From NCBI GenBank assembly GCA_053919585.1, contig CM132786.1: a stretch of 64,000 bases of DNA. The stretch is one strand, 5' to 3'. Below are positions 48,401-61,199 of the stretch, piece after piece. Position 1 is the first letter of the stretch. Every line of letters starts with the position of its first letter. The position numbers and the translations under genes are program-made. The stretch is from Euprymna scolopes. Taxonomy: Eukaryota. Under the pieces are notes generated by a model. That model worked only from the letters and a program-made list of their open reading frames with translations, was not told the origin of the DNA and made no database searches.

Positions 48401-51380
48401 GTGTATACTGTAGTTCATTTCCATCCGCACATCCGAAAGTTGTTCGCTAGAACTAAAGCAATTAAAAAACTTAAGCTATTTTCTCAGATGTGCGCAGTTT
48501 GGAACTTATACAGGCGTGTTCTGTTAGATAATTGGTAATACGGTTATATATCAGTTATATAATTGATGATATATGTATATATCAGGTATATAAATGAGCT
48601 TCACAGCCACTATTCTAATGCTTAAATTTCTTGCCAGCATTCTGCACTATCATATTGTCCACCGTTAAATGTACATCAATATGAATCTTTGAAATATTTT
48701 TACTAATACATATTGGAATTAATATAAAAGATGGAAGTAAGGATAAGAATTGATGAAAAAATATAACCATACTAGCTATATTAACCGTCTCAAGCGGGTT
48801 TCTTAAAACATCTACTTTTAGTGCCAACCCAATTTAAAAAATACGTTCTATATTTAGATGTAGGGGTGCTGCAGTGGATACGAGCCTGCCCAGGAAGATG
48901 AGCGTACTATATTGAACAAGTCACAGGACGATGCAAATAATTATCCCAATTTCGATACAAATACGGATTCTGTACCAAATTTTAGGATTCCGATATAATC
49001 ACCGATTCCTCTTTTCTTCAGCATTAAGCCAGTTAACACTATATTTATATATAATTGCTTATTATTAAATATGTGTGTATATTAATTTGGTATGAAACAT
49101 TTTATTCGTGTAAACTTATGTCATACGCAATGCATTATATATCATGAATTTTACATAACTATGTGGGTAAGCATTATACTTAGAAAGGATAACGTACCTG
49201 CCTAGAACAGTTTAATGCTATATGTAAACCTCATATTCCAGAGAGACTCTTTCAAAGTGTTCAAATGAAAAGGCAATATGTTTTACTTTTTTTAATCTAC
49301 TTGGGCTGAAATAGAAATATAACTTGACGTATTTGATAGTTTTGCTCATGAATTTTACCTATTATTAAACCCGGTTCTCGAAATCTTCATACTTTAATCA
49401 TTTCTCAAGAGAAATAAAGAGCACGACACTATTTTCACAGATTTTAATTTTTAATTTTTTTTCCTTAATGCCTTATAGTTTTCTTAAAAGCATCTCGGGC
49501 ATAATTAAACACTTTAAGGAGCTGAAAATAGCTCGATATCTGTAGGGGGGAGACAACTGTTCTGAAATGTTACAGAGTATGCATCGTATTAGCCAGCTGT
49601 GAGAAAAGCAATCGATTAAAGTGGAGGCTTATTAGAAAGTAACCCGGATAGAAAGTATTTGTAAACGTTCTAAGGAAATCTCGCGATTATCTCACAGAGA
49701 CAATATCCGCTAAAAACAGCAGAAAATAAAAGAGTCATAAAACTTATTAATTTCCTATGCCATTCTCTAGACTTGTCTAACTGGATATAGCAAATCAAAA
49801 ATTGACACAAGTTATTAGTTTACATTATATAAAAGTAAAGTTTATATCTCCTCAAACTTAATCACTACATCAATAATGGTAATAAGTAAATAGCAGACGC
49901 ATACATTATGTTATAATCTCATGAATATGAATATGCCCATAATTAAACTTCGCCCAAAATAGCTTAGCCTTATACAAACGGTAGTGTGACCATTTGTGTA
50001 TATTTGAAAAAAAAGCAACGATTTTAGATATCTATTTCATTCATTGTCTTTAATACATTCAAGTGATTTAGTTAATAAATCAAAAATTCAATACTAACAA
50101 AATATACTACAAACAAAAATACTTTTACAAACGCAAAATTCGTTGATTATTTTGTTGAATGTTTCAGAAGCGTTTTATAATTTTTATACGTCTATGAATG
50201 AGTAAGCAACTGGTCCCATGTCACAGTGGACAAAAAATGAAACTAATAAGAAATAATGATAAGAAAATATACATTTTAAATATTGTTGAATAAATATGAT
50301 GAAATTTTAGTTTTTTCGAAAAAGACATAAAGAGGTAGAAATAAATTAAGGAAAATGATACGAACTAATGGAGACTAGTTTTAAGCCAAATGTGAGAGTA
50401 GTGCCCCCTATGTTAAAGAGCATAACACTTAAAGAAAATAAGAGAGTAATCGTTAACTTATATTCCTCTTACTTTAACTGTTTCAGTTTCCATTCTAAAA
50501 TAGACGGTATAGAATTGAGAGATTTTTTAAAAACTTTTCATAGAGATTATAATAGGCATATGATAAATGTTTCTTTCTTCAAGTAAAAAAGAATATGATT
50601 TGATTAGAGATTTCCTGTCGTATTTTACAAGTACAAAGCGAGAACTGATAGGAGACAACTGTTGCACATCGCATGTTCGTGACACTGTTGGCTTCCAATC
50701 TATCATAGGTATAAAAAAAACTGAGAAGGCTTACTGATGAAGATAAGTTTTGTTTAGATTTTAGCTACAATCTTCACATGTAAGAGAATTGTCGGGCTGT
50801 TATTTAAAATGACATTCTTTTTATAAACAGTCATTCCGGCTAGCTACATGAGCGTTCATTTTAGACATCCCGGTGAAATGGCTTCCATTAGAACCTTATT
50901 AATATGAATAAAAGAGTAACTGACATTAGCAAATCGCTCACATCGTACTCATGTTGATCGGCTATCATGTGGGGACTGAGTCAACCCGTTTCAACGATTA
51001 ACCTACAATTAAAGAAGGTGCAAGAGCTATTTATCACAGTTAGAGAACATTGGAGATGTAACGTATATTTCTTTAGTCGCGAACTATTAACACTTATTAT
51101 TATTTGGCACGAAGAGAAAACTGAAAAAGTTACAAAATAGGGAAAAAAGTTTCCACTTTAATAAATATAGTGTTAAAAGTATAAAATTATATAAAAAAAA
51201 ACTTATTTACTTCCGGAGTTATTTTATAAACTATGAATGAATATTGCTTAAAAGATACGGAATAATGAATCAGATAGTAATTTGCACCAATCTATGGTAG
51301 AATTTGATCGTTAAAAACGTGGCAATGAACAATGCCCATACGAGCTCGAGAGAATGAAATTTACCTGCCCTAACTAACTA

Positions 51381-52795
51381 CCTCTGTGCGTCATGAGTAA
51401 GTTGCTGGAATCTGTGCTAAATAGAGAAGTAATCAACCATCTCAGCAAAAATAACCTCCTTAGTGACACACAATATGGTTTCCGTTCTGCTAGATCTACA
51501 GCAGATGTGCTTACAGTAATATCTCATATGATTAGCGAATCTATCGACACAGGAAAGCTTTCTAGGCAATTGCTCTTGACATAGGCCTTTGATAGGGTAT
51601 GGCATAAAATTTTACTTCACAAGATCTCCAGCTATACAATAGCTGGAAATGTTTTCTCAATTATTAAATCATTTCTCTCTGATAGGTTCGTAAGAGTAGT
51701 AGTTGATGGGCAAAAATCAGATGCTCACAGTATAAATGCTGGAGTCCCTCAGGGGTCCATCCTGGGCCAAACTCTTTTCCTGATCTACATTAATGATCTT
51801 CCAAATCACATCCTTACATCATTCGTAGACATTTTTGCTGACGACACTACAATCTATGGTAGCACATCTAAGACAGTAAACGCCCAAGTTCTATCCGATT
51901 CTCTCTCCTCTGATCTTCATCACCTGTACAATGGGGAAAGGAGTAGCTGGTTACTGTTAATGCATCTAAAATCAAGCTTCTAACTTTACATCCTCAACGT
52001 TCTGATCACTATCTGGCATCAATTAAAATGAATGGGTCTTGTCTTGGGGAGACCTCAAGTTTTTACAGGTTTCTGGGCTTGACCTTTACTCCTGATCTTA
52101 AATGGAATACGTACATCAAATCAGTTGCTAAGGCCGCTGGAAAAATGGTCGGATCCTTCTATCGATCCAGTAGATATCTCACTGCTGATGCAATTCTCTA
52201 TCTATATAAGAGCCAGATACGTCCAAGGATGGAGTACTGTTGCCACATATGGGCAGGAGCTGCTAGAAAAGACTTGCCCTGCCTTGATAGGGTTCAAAAT
52301 AGACTTTGTGGCCTGGTGGGAGATGTCCTTTTCTCTTAGCTGCAACCTCTATCTCATAGAAGAGATGTTGCGAGTTTGTCTCTGCTTTATCGTAATTTTC
52401 ATGGAAAGTGTTCGACCGAGCTTCAATTCATGGTCCACCCTCGTCAAACTTTCACAAGAAACACTCGTCTTGCTGAAAACACTATCAATAATTCCCCCCA
52501 CTCGTTATATGTGTCTAAACCTAACCATAGATTCCATGATGTACGCTTCTTTCTTAGAACTGCACGCCTGTGGAATTGTCTTCCGTTTTCCTGCTTTCCA
52601 GCCGTCTATAATATGGTTTTCTTCAAGTCCAACATGAACAACTTTATGATAAGCCGTTCCACTTAAGTTAACAAATTTGCCGAACTTCTATTACTATCGA
52701 TTACTATATTGTCCTTTTGACTACTGTACAATTTTTAACCCTTATCCTTGATTGGCCTACCCGCCTTGATAAGTGGTGACGCCTGTGTAAAAAAA
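51381..52795 (+). mobile_element. 5'-truncated CR1-group LINE, copy 2 (same family as 9814-11612)
   Basis: SKLLESVLNREVINHL, GVPQGSILGQTLFLIYINDL, FADDT, LYKSQIRPRMEYCCHIWAGA. Conserved 3' tail ending TGTAAAAAAA. Confidence 0.93.
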
Positions 52796-53041
52796 GCCTG
52801 GATGGAATAAAAGAGAAGGAAAGTAGGGAACATACATAATATTAACTGGTTCACATAATACGGTTAGGGATAGAAAAAGGAAGAGAATAAACCATCTTTC
52901 TAAATCGATAACAGAATTACTATTATAAGCTGTCGGCCAGCAGCAAACAAGGTGAGGATTTTTTCTTTCTTTCTTCTTCATTTACATTTCGTACATTAAC
53001 ATTTATTTGAATAGCATATATTAATTTATTTTATTTATCGA

Positions 53042-53122
<81 letters not shown>

Positions 53123-54559
53123 TATTAACAGTCTTGGTGATTTATTTTTAGGCACACATTTGATCAATTTTATTTTATTTTATCAGAGCACTATGGATCA
53201 ATCTATTACCAAACACGTAATAGTTTGTCATTGGCCGTTTATCCAAGGCTTGATGTGTTGTTCTCGATCAAATAGTTCAATTAGGCATGCACGGATGGCA
53301 TAATTGATGGGGAACGATCAAAGGTATTAGAAGTGAATCAACAGACGATTTCTCCCGCTTAGACAATTATACATCTTGAACAACCGGTTGAAAGTATTTT
53401 GGCTTACAAGGGCTAAATCATACTTTTCTATACTTGACGACCTTTTAACATGTTTGGTCATAAAGGTTTAATTCTAGTATTGAGCCGTATATAACATATT
53501 TGGTAATTGAATTGGGGTATATAATACATATTATAATTCCTGTCAACCTCATAGTACTAGGAAGTCTCTCAAGATATTGACAATTACAATATGAAATACC
53601 GTCGGTAACAGAACATCTGCACACACAGAATTATTTGATGCAACCTTTTAGCAAAATGTTCGGCTTTTACAAATTCTGCATTAATAATCATAGACCCGTT
53701 TATGATGTCTAGAATTGACGAGTCGAAACTGTTCAGAAAGCTCTTGGTTCTGCGTCAAACTCATGGATATTCATCTCGGTTCAACAACTTTAGACATGAA
53801 AGTTAGGGCAACAAATTCTCTCGCTTTTTCTAAAAACTTTTATTATATCTAGCAATCAGTTCTAAGGTTACCACGGCCCACTATTTGAGTTTAGTTTTTG
53901 TTTTTTAGAATGCATATAGCTATATATGTGAGCTATTAGTCTTTTTGGCAAGACAGTTAGCATAGAGGATACACTAATTTTTTACCATGGGGCATAGCGT
54001 TATATCTTATATAAACCTAGAAAACTGCCTGGTCAGGCAGAGGGAAACATGCGATGACGATGGACATTTGGGAAATAGTAACTTTTAGTGTTCATTTCGT
54101 TGAGACAACCAAGTGGTCAAAGATCATAGAGGAGAGATCCCGGACGATGAGCACAGTTAAGAAGATGATATGCAAAATATGGAAGGCGCACAAATTCATC
54201 AGATTCGAAAGAAAAAATAGGAAAAAATGAAAAAAAATTGTTTAAGATAAGTTCGTGTTGTGTACGTTAAAATGTGTAGATACGTCAATTCGTGTTAGAA
54301 TGGCCAGTCAGTATGTGGCGAATTAAGTATTCAATCCTCTACAATAGTGTAAGACTGTCGTTGTAGCAATGATATTTAACATATATAAAAGCGACGCTGT
54401 CTGCCTTAATCGAAAGCATATGTTAAGTACTTTTAAATATTCTTAGAGATGTTTCTGACCCAGAGAATAATGTTACTTACATAGACACATATTTTATGTA
54501 CCTTACGATTATGAAAGTTTTGTTTGGAGGTTTGGTTAAGATAACCTTTGATTGAGAAA

Positions 54560-54960
54560 TCAGCTAAGGAACCAGTTGGACAAATACCAGTTTCACAAAG
54601 AGACGGAAAGTTGGGCTATGTCTTCCGAAATTATATTTAAACCTCTGAAATGTTTAAACGTATACCCCTGGTGTTTAATAAAGAGGTCTAGTTGTGATTG
54701 TTGTACACGGGAATTGGGATCTTTAGTTCAATGATTTTAAATTTGTTTTTTCTGGTCATGCTGAGGTTATTATTTGTAACAAAATATCAAGAGATGTGTT
54801 TAGAAAGACAATGGAAAAACGAGAAGAGCCAATCCGTAATTAATATGGTATCAAAAGTCTCCAGCAGAGATTACTGCATCCTCAGAACTCCATTCGCAAA
54901 ATGCCAATGCAGCAGCCGAAGTATATTGTACCCGATTATACGAAAGATTCCTTGGCAGTA
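54560..54960 (-). pseudogene. Degenerate LINE APE-endonuclease fragment
   Basis: VISAGDF* (GDFN-like) and SQLDLFI motifs on the minus strand. Confidence 0.4.
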
Positions 54961-56399
54961 AAACCAACGTTCAAACAACATTGAAACATTTAACAAAATA
55001 ATTAACTAATTTTGCGTTTGTTAAAGTGTTTTTGTTTGTAGTATATTTTTATAACGCTAGCAATGTTATTAATGTTTACTTCTATCGCTCGTTTTGGTGA
55101 CGTAGTGCTAAAATATAGAAAGTAGTAATTTCTCAATCGCCTTTGGCTTACGTCGCAACACCAATACGTAATGTAAATAATTTACATTACATCAGAGTAA
55201 GTAATATTAAGGGAAAAAGTTAGATTTCTAACATTTCTCGAAGTATTAGTGCGTATATTGGTAATATATGCACACTAAAAGTTTAAATCAGATTTGAAGA
55301 ACAAATAAACTACTATATAGTATAGAAAAATTATAAACTTAAAGAACCAGATTAAATTACTGAATATACTACATGGTTTCTGTAATACTGAGTTCATGTA
55401 TTTTTAAGGCCTATATCAAACCTCATCATTTACCAAACAGATAGTACATATATGTTTTGAGGAAATACTATAAATCGAATATCTACATTTAAACATGCAT
55501 ATGGAGATGATATATTAAAAGCCCATTGTTCCGGAGTACATGGATATAGCTTTCGGATTTATTAGTTTCTGAACTCCAGCGGAATGCATGGTAAAAATAA
55601 GCAACAAATATGAAGGATCAGTAGAAAATAGCAAATTGTGGCAACGGTCATAGAAACGAGCGTACATACGTGGAGTGTGAGTATTGTAAACATTTCTGAT
55701 ATTCGAAAAAGAAACAAGATCGAAAGGAACGAAAAGGTAGCTTATGCAAATTAAGACGCGATCGAATTTGATCATACACAAAGACGGTATTTCTTTCATT
55801 GAGGAAGGAGAATTTTTTGTTGACCTCATTTAATTCACTTTGACTATTGAATAAATTTGCAACAGTATGCGCTTTAATTATTGTGAAGTAAAATATAATA
55901 ATCAAAAATGCAAGCGCCCACGTGTGTTCCTTGTGTTGTTATACGACTTAACTTCACATGGCGGTCGTGACTTTTTAAGGTGTCGTCTCGTGGAACTGCA
56001 CAGGATCATACTGCCCATCGCACAAATATGCAACTGAAATGCAGTCAGTGTTATTAATAACAAAACATGTTAACAGAGGTGAAAGCGAAAGAAAATTGTG
56101 AGAAAGAGGGTAATACAGTGACGAATTCTATCAGTGATTTTTTTCTCTTTTCTCAAAATACCTTCCGATTTAACTGCAATTATATTTAATGTTATTATAT
56201 TGGAGACTTTATCGTTATTTATTCCTGCAACTTTTCTACGATGCCGCATTTTTTACACAATGTTTTTTTGTGTGTTTTAATATCTTTTGGAAACTTAGTT
56301 TTGATTGAAAGTGTGTGGCCAGAAATGAGAAGTGGGTCAAGGAAGACATCTACCCACCACCTAACTGAAGGAAATCCACCAAAATTATTATAAAGGAAA

Positions 56400-58625
56400 A
56401 GAAATCCCTGGAAAAAGCAATGCATTTCCAAGATTTAGTCTCGAAAAAAACTGTTCATTGACCTAGCCAAACTGAAACAAATTTCCAAAAGAACGAATAA
56501 AGTTTTGATTGTAGATAAAAACAAACACATTTTTAAATCCCACAAGCGAGTTGGTCATTAAACAAATTGAAACAATTAATACAAGACCGTTAATAGTTTT
56601 TTAAGTGTAAAGGACTACAGACGTTGAACCTACTATCTTCATCACCCGAGGACTGCATTGAACCATCGCAAAAAGAAAGATTAGAGACGGCACCCATCCT
56701 ACGTATGGAGTACTTGTGGCGACGAAGGACCTCCGTCTTCGTATCGCATGTTCTATTTCATGTAGAGGGGGAAGATATCGCATAATTTCGAATGAAATAG
56801 TTAGGTATCACTAAGATCGCTAGTCAACGACATTTGTTAACATCGTAGTTCGAAATCATTTAGACCGGAAAGTTTTGATTTTATTGAAATAGAGGAAGAC
56901 AAGAAACCAAAAATAGTCTAAGGTGGATATTTCGGACTAAAAGGACACTTAACCAACATATGACCACCTCCAAAATTAAATCAACACAATAGCATGTTCA
57001 AGGGTTAACTCCAAATATAAAGTCAAAGTTCACCCAGCCACTAAGGTCGAGGAACCCACGAGAACAAAATCTTCAACAGAAACCAATCCCCAAAATAACA
57101 ACGTTTACTTTCCTGACCTAAGCACAACAACAAAGCCACATAGAGAAAATGAGTGGGTACTAGTAACTAGGAAAGAGCCACTCTGGACACAGAGCCTAGA
57201 ACAACAAAAGGAAGAGAAAATACTTAATCTGTCAGTAGAAAAACGGGGGCAAAAACATTTCTTGAGCTAAAAAATACTTGGAAGAAAGTTGAAAATAACA
57301 AATACTATTACTCACTCAACTCCAAGCCAATGCCCAACTACTCCATCAAAAATAATTACTAGCCTTATTCCCACAAAACTGTCATAACCAAAAAGCATGC
57401 CTCTCCTTATTACCGCGTCTATATAAAAACAAACATGACTTCAAGCTAATCTCGGTTCAGCACCCAAAAATTTAAATTTAACCCGCCAAATACCACCCCG
57501 TTTGCCTCTCCAGTTCAGACTGAAAAACGCTACTAGGAAAGATCCAGTTGAGGAAAAAATGGTCGGAAGAATTGGAAGCAGTTCACGCCACCATACATGT
57601 GTGGTCCCTGAGAAATCTAACTTTAATGGGACGAGTTAGGTTCGCAATTTGCACATTTATCTTCGAATCTCCTTCCGGCTCTCAGTACTTCCACTGTAGC
57701 AAACAACAAGTAAGTGCTCATTTCAATTTCTTGTGGCGTGAAAAGAAAGTGCTGGACACTAGGTGATCTGTTATCTGCATGCGTTGGAAGGCGGTCTGGA
57801 AATATCAAGCATTGCTATTCGGAGGTATACGCTTTGTATAACTTACCTAGACCGAATGTGTACAACAGGTGAGGAAAAAGTGAATACTGGAAAGAAAACA
57901 CTAAGAAAGCATTTCCGGATTTGAAAAGTTTGCATTTGCGAGGGGGAAGCACACAGGTTGCTGCATCTTGAAAGCACCCTTCTGGGGTTACCGCCCAAGA
58001 GAAAATAGGAAGACCACGTTTATTTTCTGCTCGCGAGCAGTGATTAGATGTGTGATTTGATCAACTCGGCAGAAGGACATTTACGGATATGATGTTTTCA
58101 CTGCTCCCCAACCTGTTCTTATTCTTAAGCACCGCTTGTAAATGCGTATTAGGCTGGAGAAAGTGAAAATCTGCCCGGCAGATTTCAACAAAAATTGAGT
58201 AAAAGTTTTGTGCTGTGTCGAATGAATGGGGCTGATCTTGATTGGTACTTCGACATAACTTATGTTCAGAATTTTTTTTAACAGGACCGAAAAGCGTCAG
58301 TCTATCGAACCAGTTAAGCAAGAGCAGGTTAGATTTGAGTATGATTCTGTTTAAACTTAGCTGTGTATGAATGACGTCATATGGCCACTTTTTAATTTCC
58401 CCCATTTTTCGATAATCCCCACTCTCTTCCCCAATTATGTTACAAATTTGCTGGTTCGTCATTGATGTAGGCTCACATCAAGGAGAGTGACTAAATTTGA
58501 TTTTTGGGGATACGAATCTTTTTTCGACTATCAAACATCTTATCTGACAAATTTCACAATGGGAGTCTATATTATACAATCGTTTTTGTTGTATTCCACT
58601 GTTTATTTCCCAACTCCCCAGATCC

Positions 58626-58696
<71 letters not shown>

Positions 58697-58837
58697 TGTG
58701 TGTATGTGTGGTATTTAGTGGAAGGCTAGTTAAGTTATCTGATGGTAAACTACGTCATTGTAAGACTCCTCCACCTATTTTTCTGTTGTGCTTTATATTT
58801 ATTTATGTACTGTAAATATTTATGAATAAATGTAAAA
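56400..58837 (+). mobile_element. Second L1/Tx1-clade element, old and internally deleted (ORF1 relic, ORF2 C-terminal pieces, 3' UTR)
   Basis: ORF1-like: LLSSSPEDC...ILRMEYLWRRRTSV and EWVLVTRK. ORF2: KKWSEELE...WSLRNLTLMGR, FNFLW, and KHRL*MRIRLEK...DFNKN*VKV. AATAAA at ~58825. The 5' boundary is approximate. Confidence 0.7.
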
Positions 58838-60029
58838 TATGTTTTTGCTGACTCGTATTCGTTTAAACGTACGGTTGATTCGCAGGTCAGTGGGAAGCAA
58901 GAATTATGGATTTTATTTTTTTACGAACGTTGAGACAGGAAAGGAAAACGATTTTCGTTTTTGTATGACCCGAGGACGTTGCAAGCTGAAGAAGAAAGAT
59001 TCTTTTGCACGGAGCTTTAACGGTATTAGGCAGCTAAAAGACAGACTTGGATTCTAACCCTAAACTATTTTTCGGCGTTAAACATAAATCAATGCGACCG
59101 AGAAGAAAGTAAGATTTTTGTAAATTGAAAGCGTCAAAAAACGGAAATATAAAACCATTCGCATCGAACTTTAACAATTGAAAACGTAATGGAAGGAAAA
59201 ATTTAAAACAGTCGCGTCGAATTTTGAAATTTGAAAGTGTCAGAAATGAAAAGAGTAGAATTATTCGTGTAAAATTTGAAAATTGAAACATCGAGATCGG
59301 AAATATTAAATGCAACTGAAGTAAGCTGGTCTTTTTTTTTTAATTCGCATTGCCGATTGGGATTTGGGTTGCTTTTTTAAAGAATCGTCGTCGTGAAATG
59401 AATATATACGATTCGGTTGAATGTAAACACGCATTCGAAAGTCAAAGTGACAATTATTCATGCTCTGAATAATTTTAAATACCTATTTAAAAGCTGGACT
59501 TTGCGAAAATTCGCTACTCTATGGAGAAAATACGTACTCTAAGTTTGGATTTTGTGATAATTTATCTGATATTTACATGTACATGCAAGTAAATTTTTAA
59601 ATACTTCTCGTTCTATGGAACATTTTTTGAATGACAATTAGAGTGTCAGACTTAAACAATTTTGTTGTCGTAAGAAGAGTGATTTACCAATTAGGTCTGG
59701 CTTTTGAGGCGTGTGTTTTTAAATTATAGAAATACTTAGGTTACAATTGTAGCCGAACTTTTAAAAAAAAAAAAACTTTTTATCGTGGGTCAGTTTCGTC
59801 TGGCAGTCGACCATGGGCCAGTTTCGCTTGACGGTGTAATGTGGACCAGTTGAATTTGGCGATGTAGGGTTGGCTAGTTTTGGTTAGAGAGGCTTATATA
59901 GGATACAATGACATCGAATCAGACAATTTACACGAGACAGAAATGGAAGTAAATGCTCCCAAATAAGCATAACGTCTGCTAAGGAGTACCCGGCGAAAAC
60001 CAACCATTGCCGGGACGCTGCCCGTGTGA

Positions 60030-60415
60030 TAATAAGATCAAAGAAAGATGTGCAACGGTCATAGAAACAAGTGTGGTCTGGGCATATAGTAAAAATAACC
60101 GACACTTGAACTCAGAACCTGTCCGATTGGAAACGAAAAGTGACATATGCAAATTAAGACGTGGTGAAATTTGGAGCATATACAATTCCGGCATTTGCTT
60201 CATTGGGACAATGGACTTTTTTGTTGACTCGCAGTATTTGAATGTACGGTTAATTCGCATGCAAGTGGAAGAGAGGAAGACGGATTTTCTACGAATGTCG
60301 AAACGGAAAATGAAAATGAATTGTGGTTGGTTGTCTGTGCTGAGAACTATAAAAGCTGAAGAAAAAAAAAACAACATTTTGCACGAACATTTAACAGTAG
60401 TCGTCAGGTAAAAGG
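60030..60415. repeat. Unclassified old interspersed repeat; overlapping homologues at ~55600-55830 and ~58835-59040
   Basis: TATGCAAATTAAGACG...TTTTTTGTTGAC is shared with ~55740-55825. GTACGGTTRATTCGCA...AAGCTGAAGAA...TTTTGCACG...TAAAAG is shared with 58835-59040. Confidence 0.7.
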
Positions 60416-61153
60416 AAAACTTTAATTTTAACTCTAGAAAAATGCTACCATTGCTTTTTCTAACTTAATGCAGAAGTTCATCTTCATTAATGTCTAATCT
60501 CTTCCGGCGAGTTGTCGGTCTTTTGCCATTATGAGTATCAATTTCGACTCACAGTATTGCCCGCTTTAGATTTGGTTGGTCGCCCAGCATTTGACATAAT
60601 CTTATGCGACCATATTGCGTAACAACGTGTTTCATTCGGACTGAGAGCAGTAGAACGACGCAAGTAATGAAATATAGATTGCCTTTGGGAGGGATTTGAT
60701 CATAAGCCATATTTCTATATGCAGTTTCTAGATCGAATATATAAAGACGTATTTAGAGGTGAGGATTTAAATTAAAATGCCTCGGTAAAAGTCATACCTT
60801 AGTTCTTACTTTAACTGATCTATCACTATATATATTAATTTATCCATATATTTTAATTTCTATCCGTCCATCAGTATATTTATTTATCTCAAAATATACT
60901 AGAATTGTCTCGCTTATATATCTAATGTTATTATTCTCATATGCTTTCAATTTCTCTTGTTTTTACCATTATTTCCATCCACATCCAGATTTGGTACATA
61001 AATAAGTTTACGTATATAGGATATAGAAAATTGTGGGAAATAATATACAAATGGGATGAAAATGTTACAAAAAGAATTAAAAATTATTTATATATCTATG
61101 AACACCTGATCTTTATCCCATCAAGATAAACGATTATAAGAAATAAGATACCA

Positions 61154-61199
<46 letters not shown>

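Noticed and set aside
47849-48430. 193-aa hydrophobic ORF
   Set aside because: Antisense of a purine-rich low-complexity tract; compositional artefact
53698-53740. Hammerhead-like ...CGAGTCGAAACTGTTCAGAA
   Set aside because: The CUGANGA box is absent (ATGATGT); too degenerate to call
57605-57625. TCCCTGAGA...CTAACTT resembling miR-125
   Set aside because: Lies within the Tx1 ORF2 relic (WSLRNLTL); no precursor hairpin
60007-60411. 134-aa ORF as a gene
   Set aside because: Lies in a degenerate repeat, has a non-ATG start and no recognisable domain
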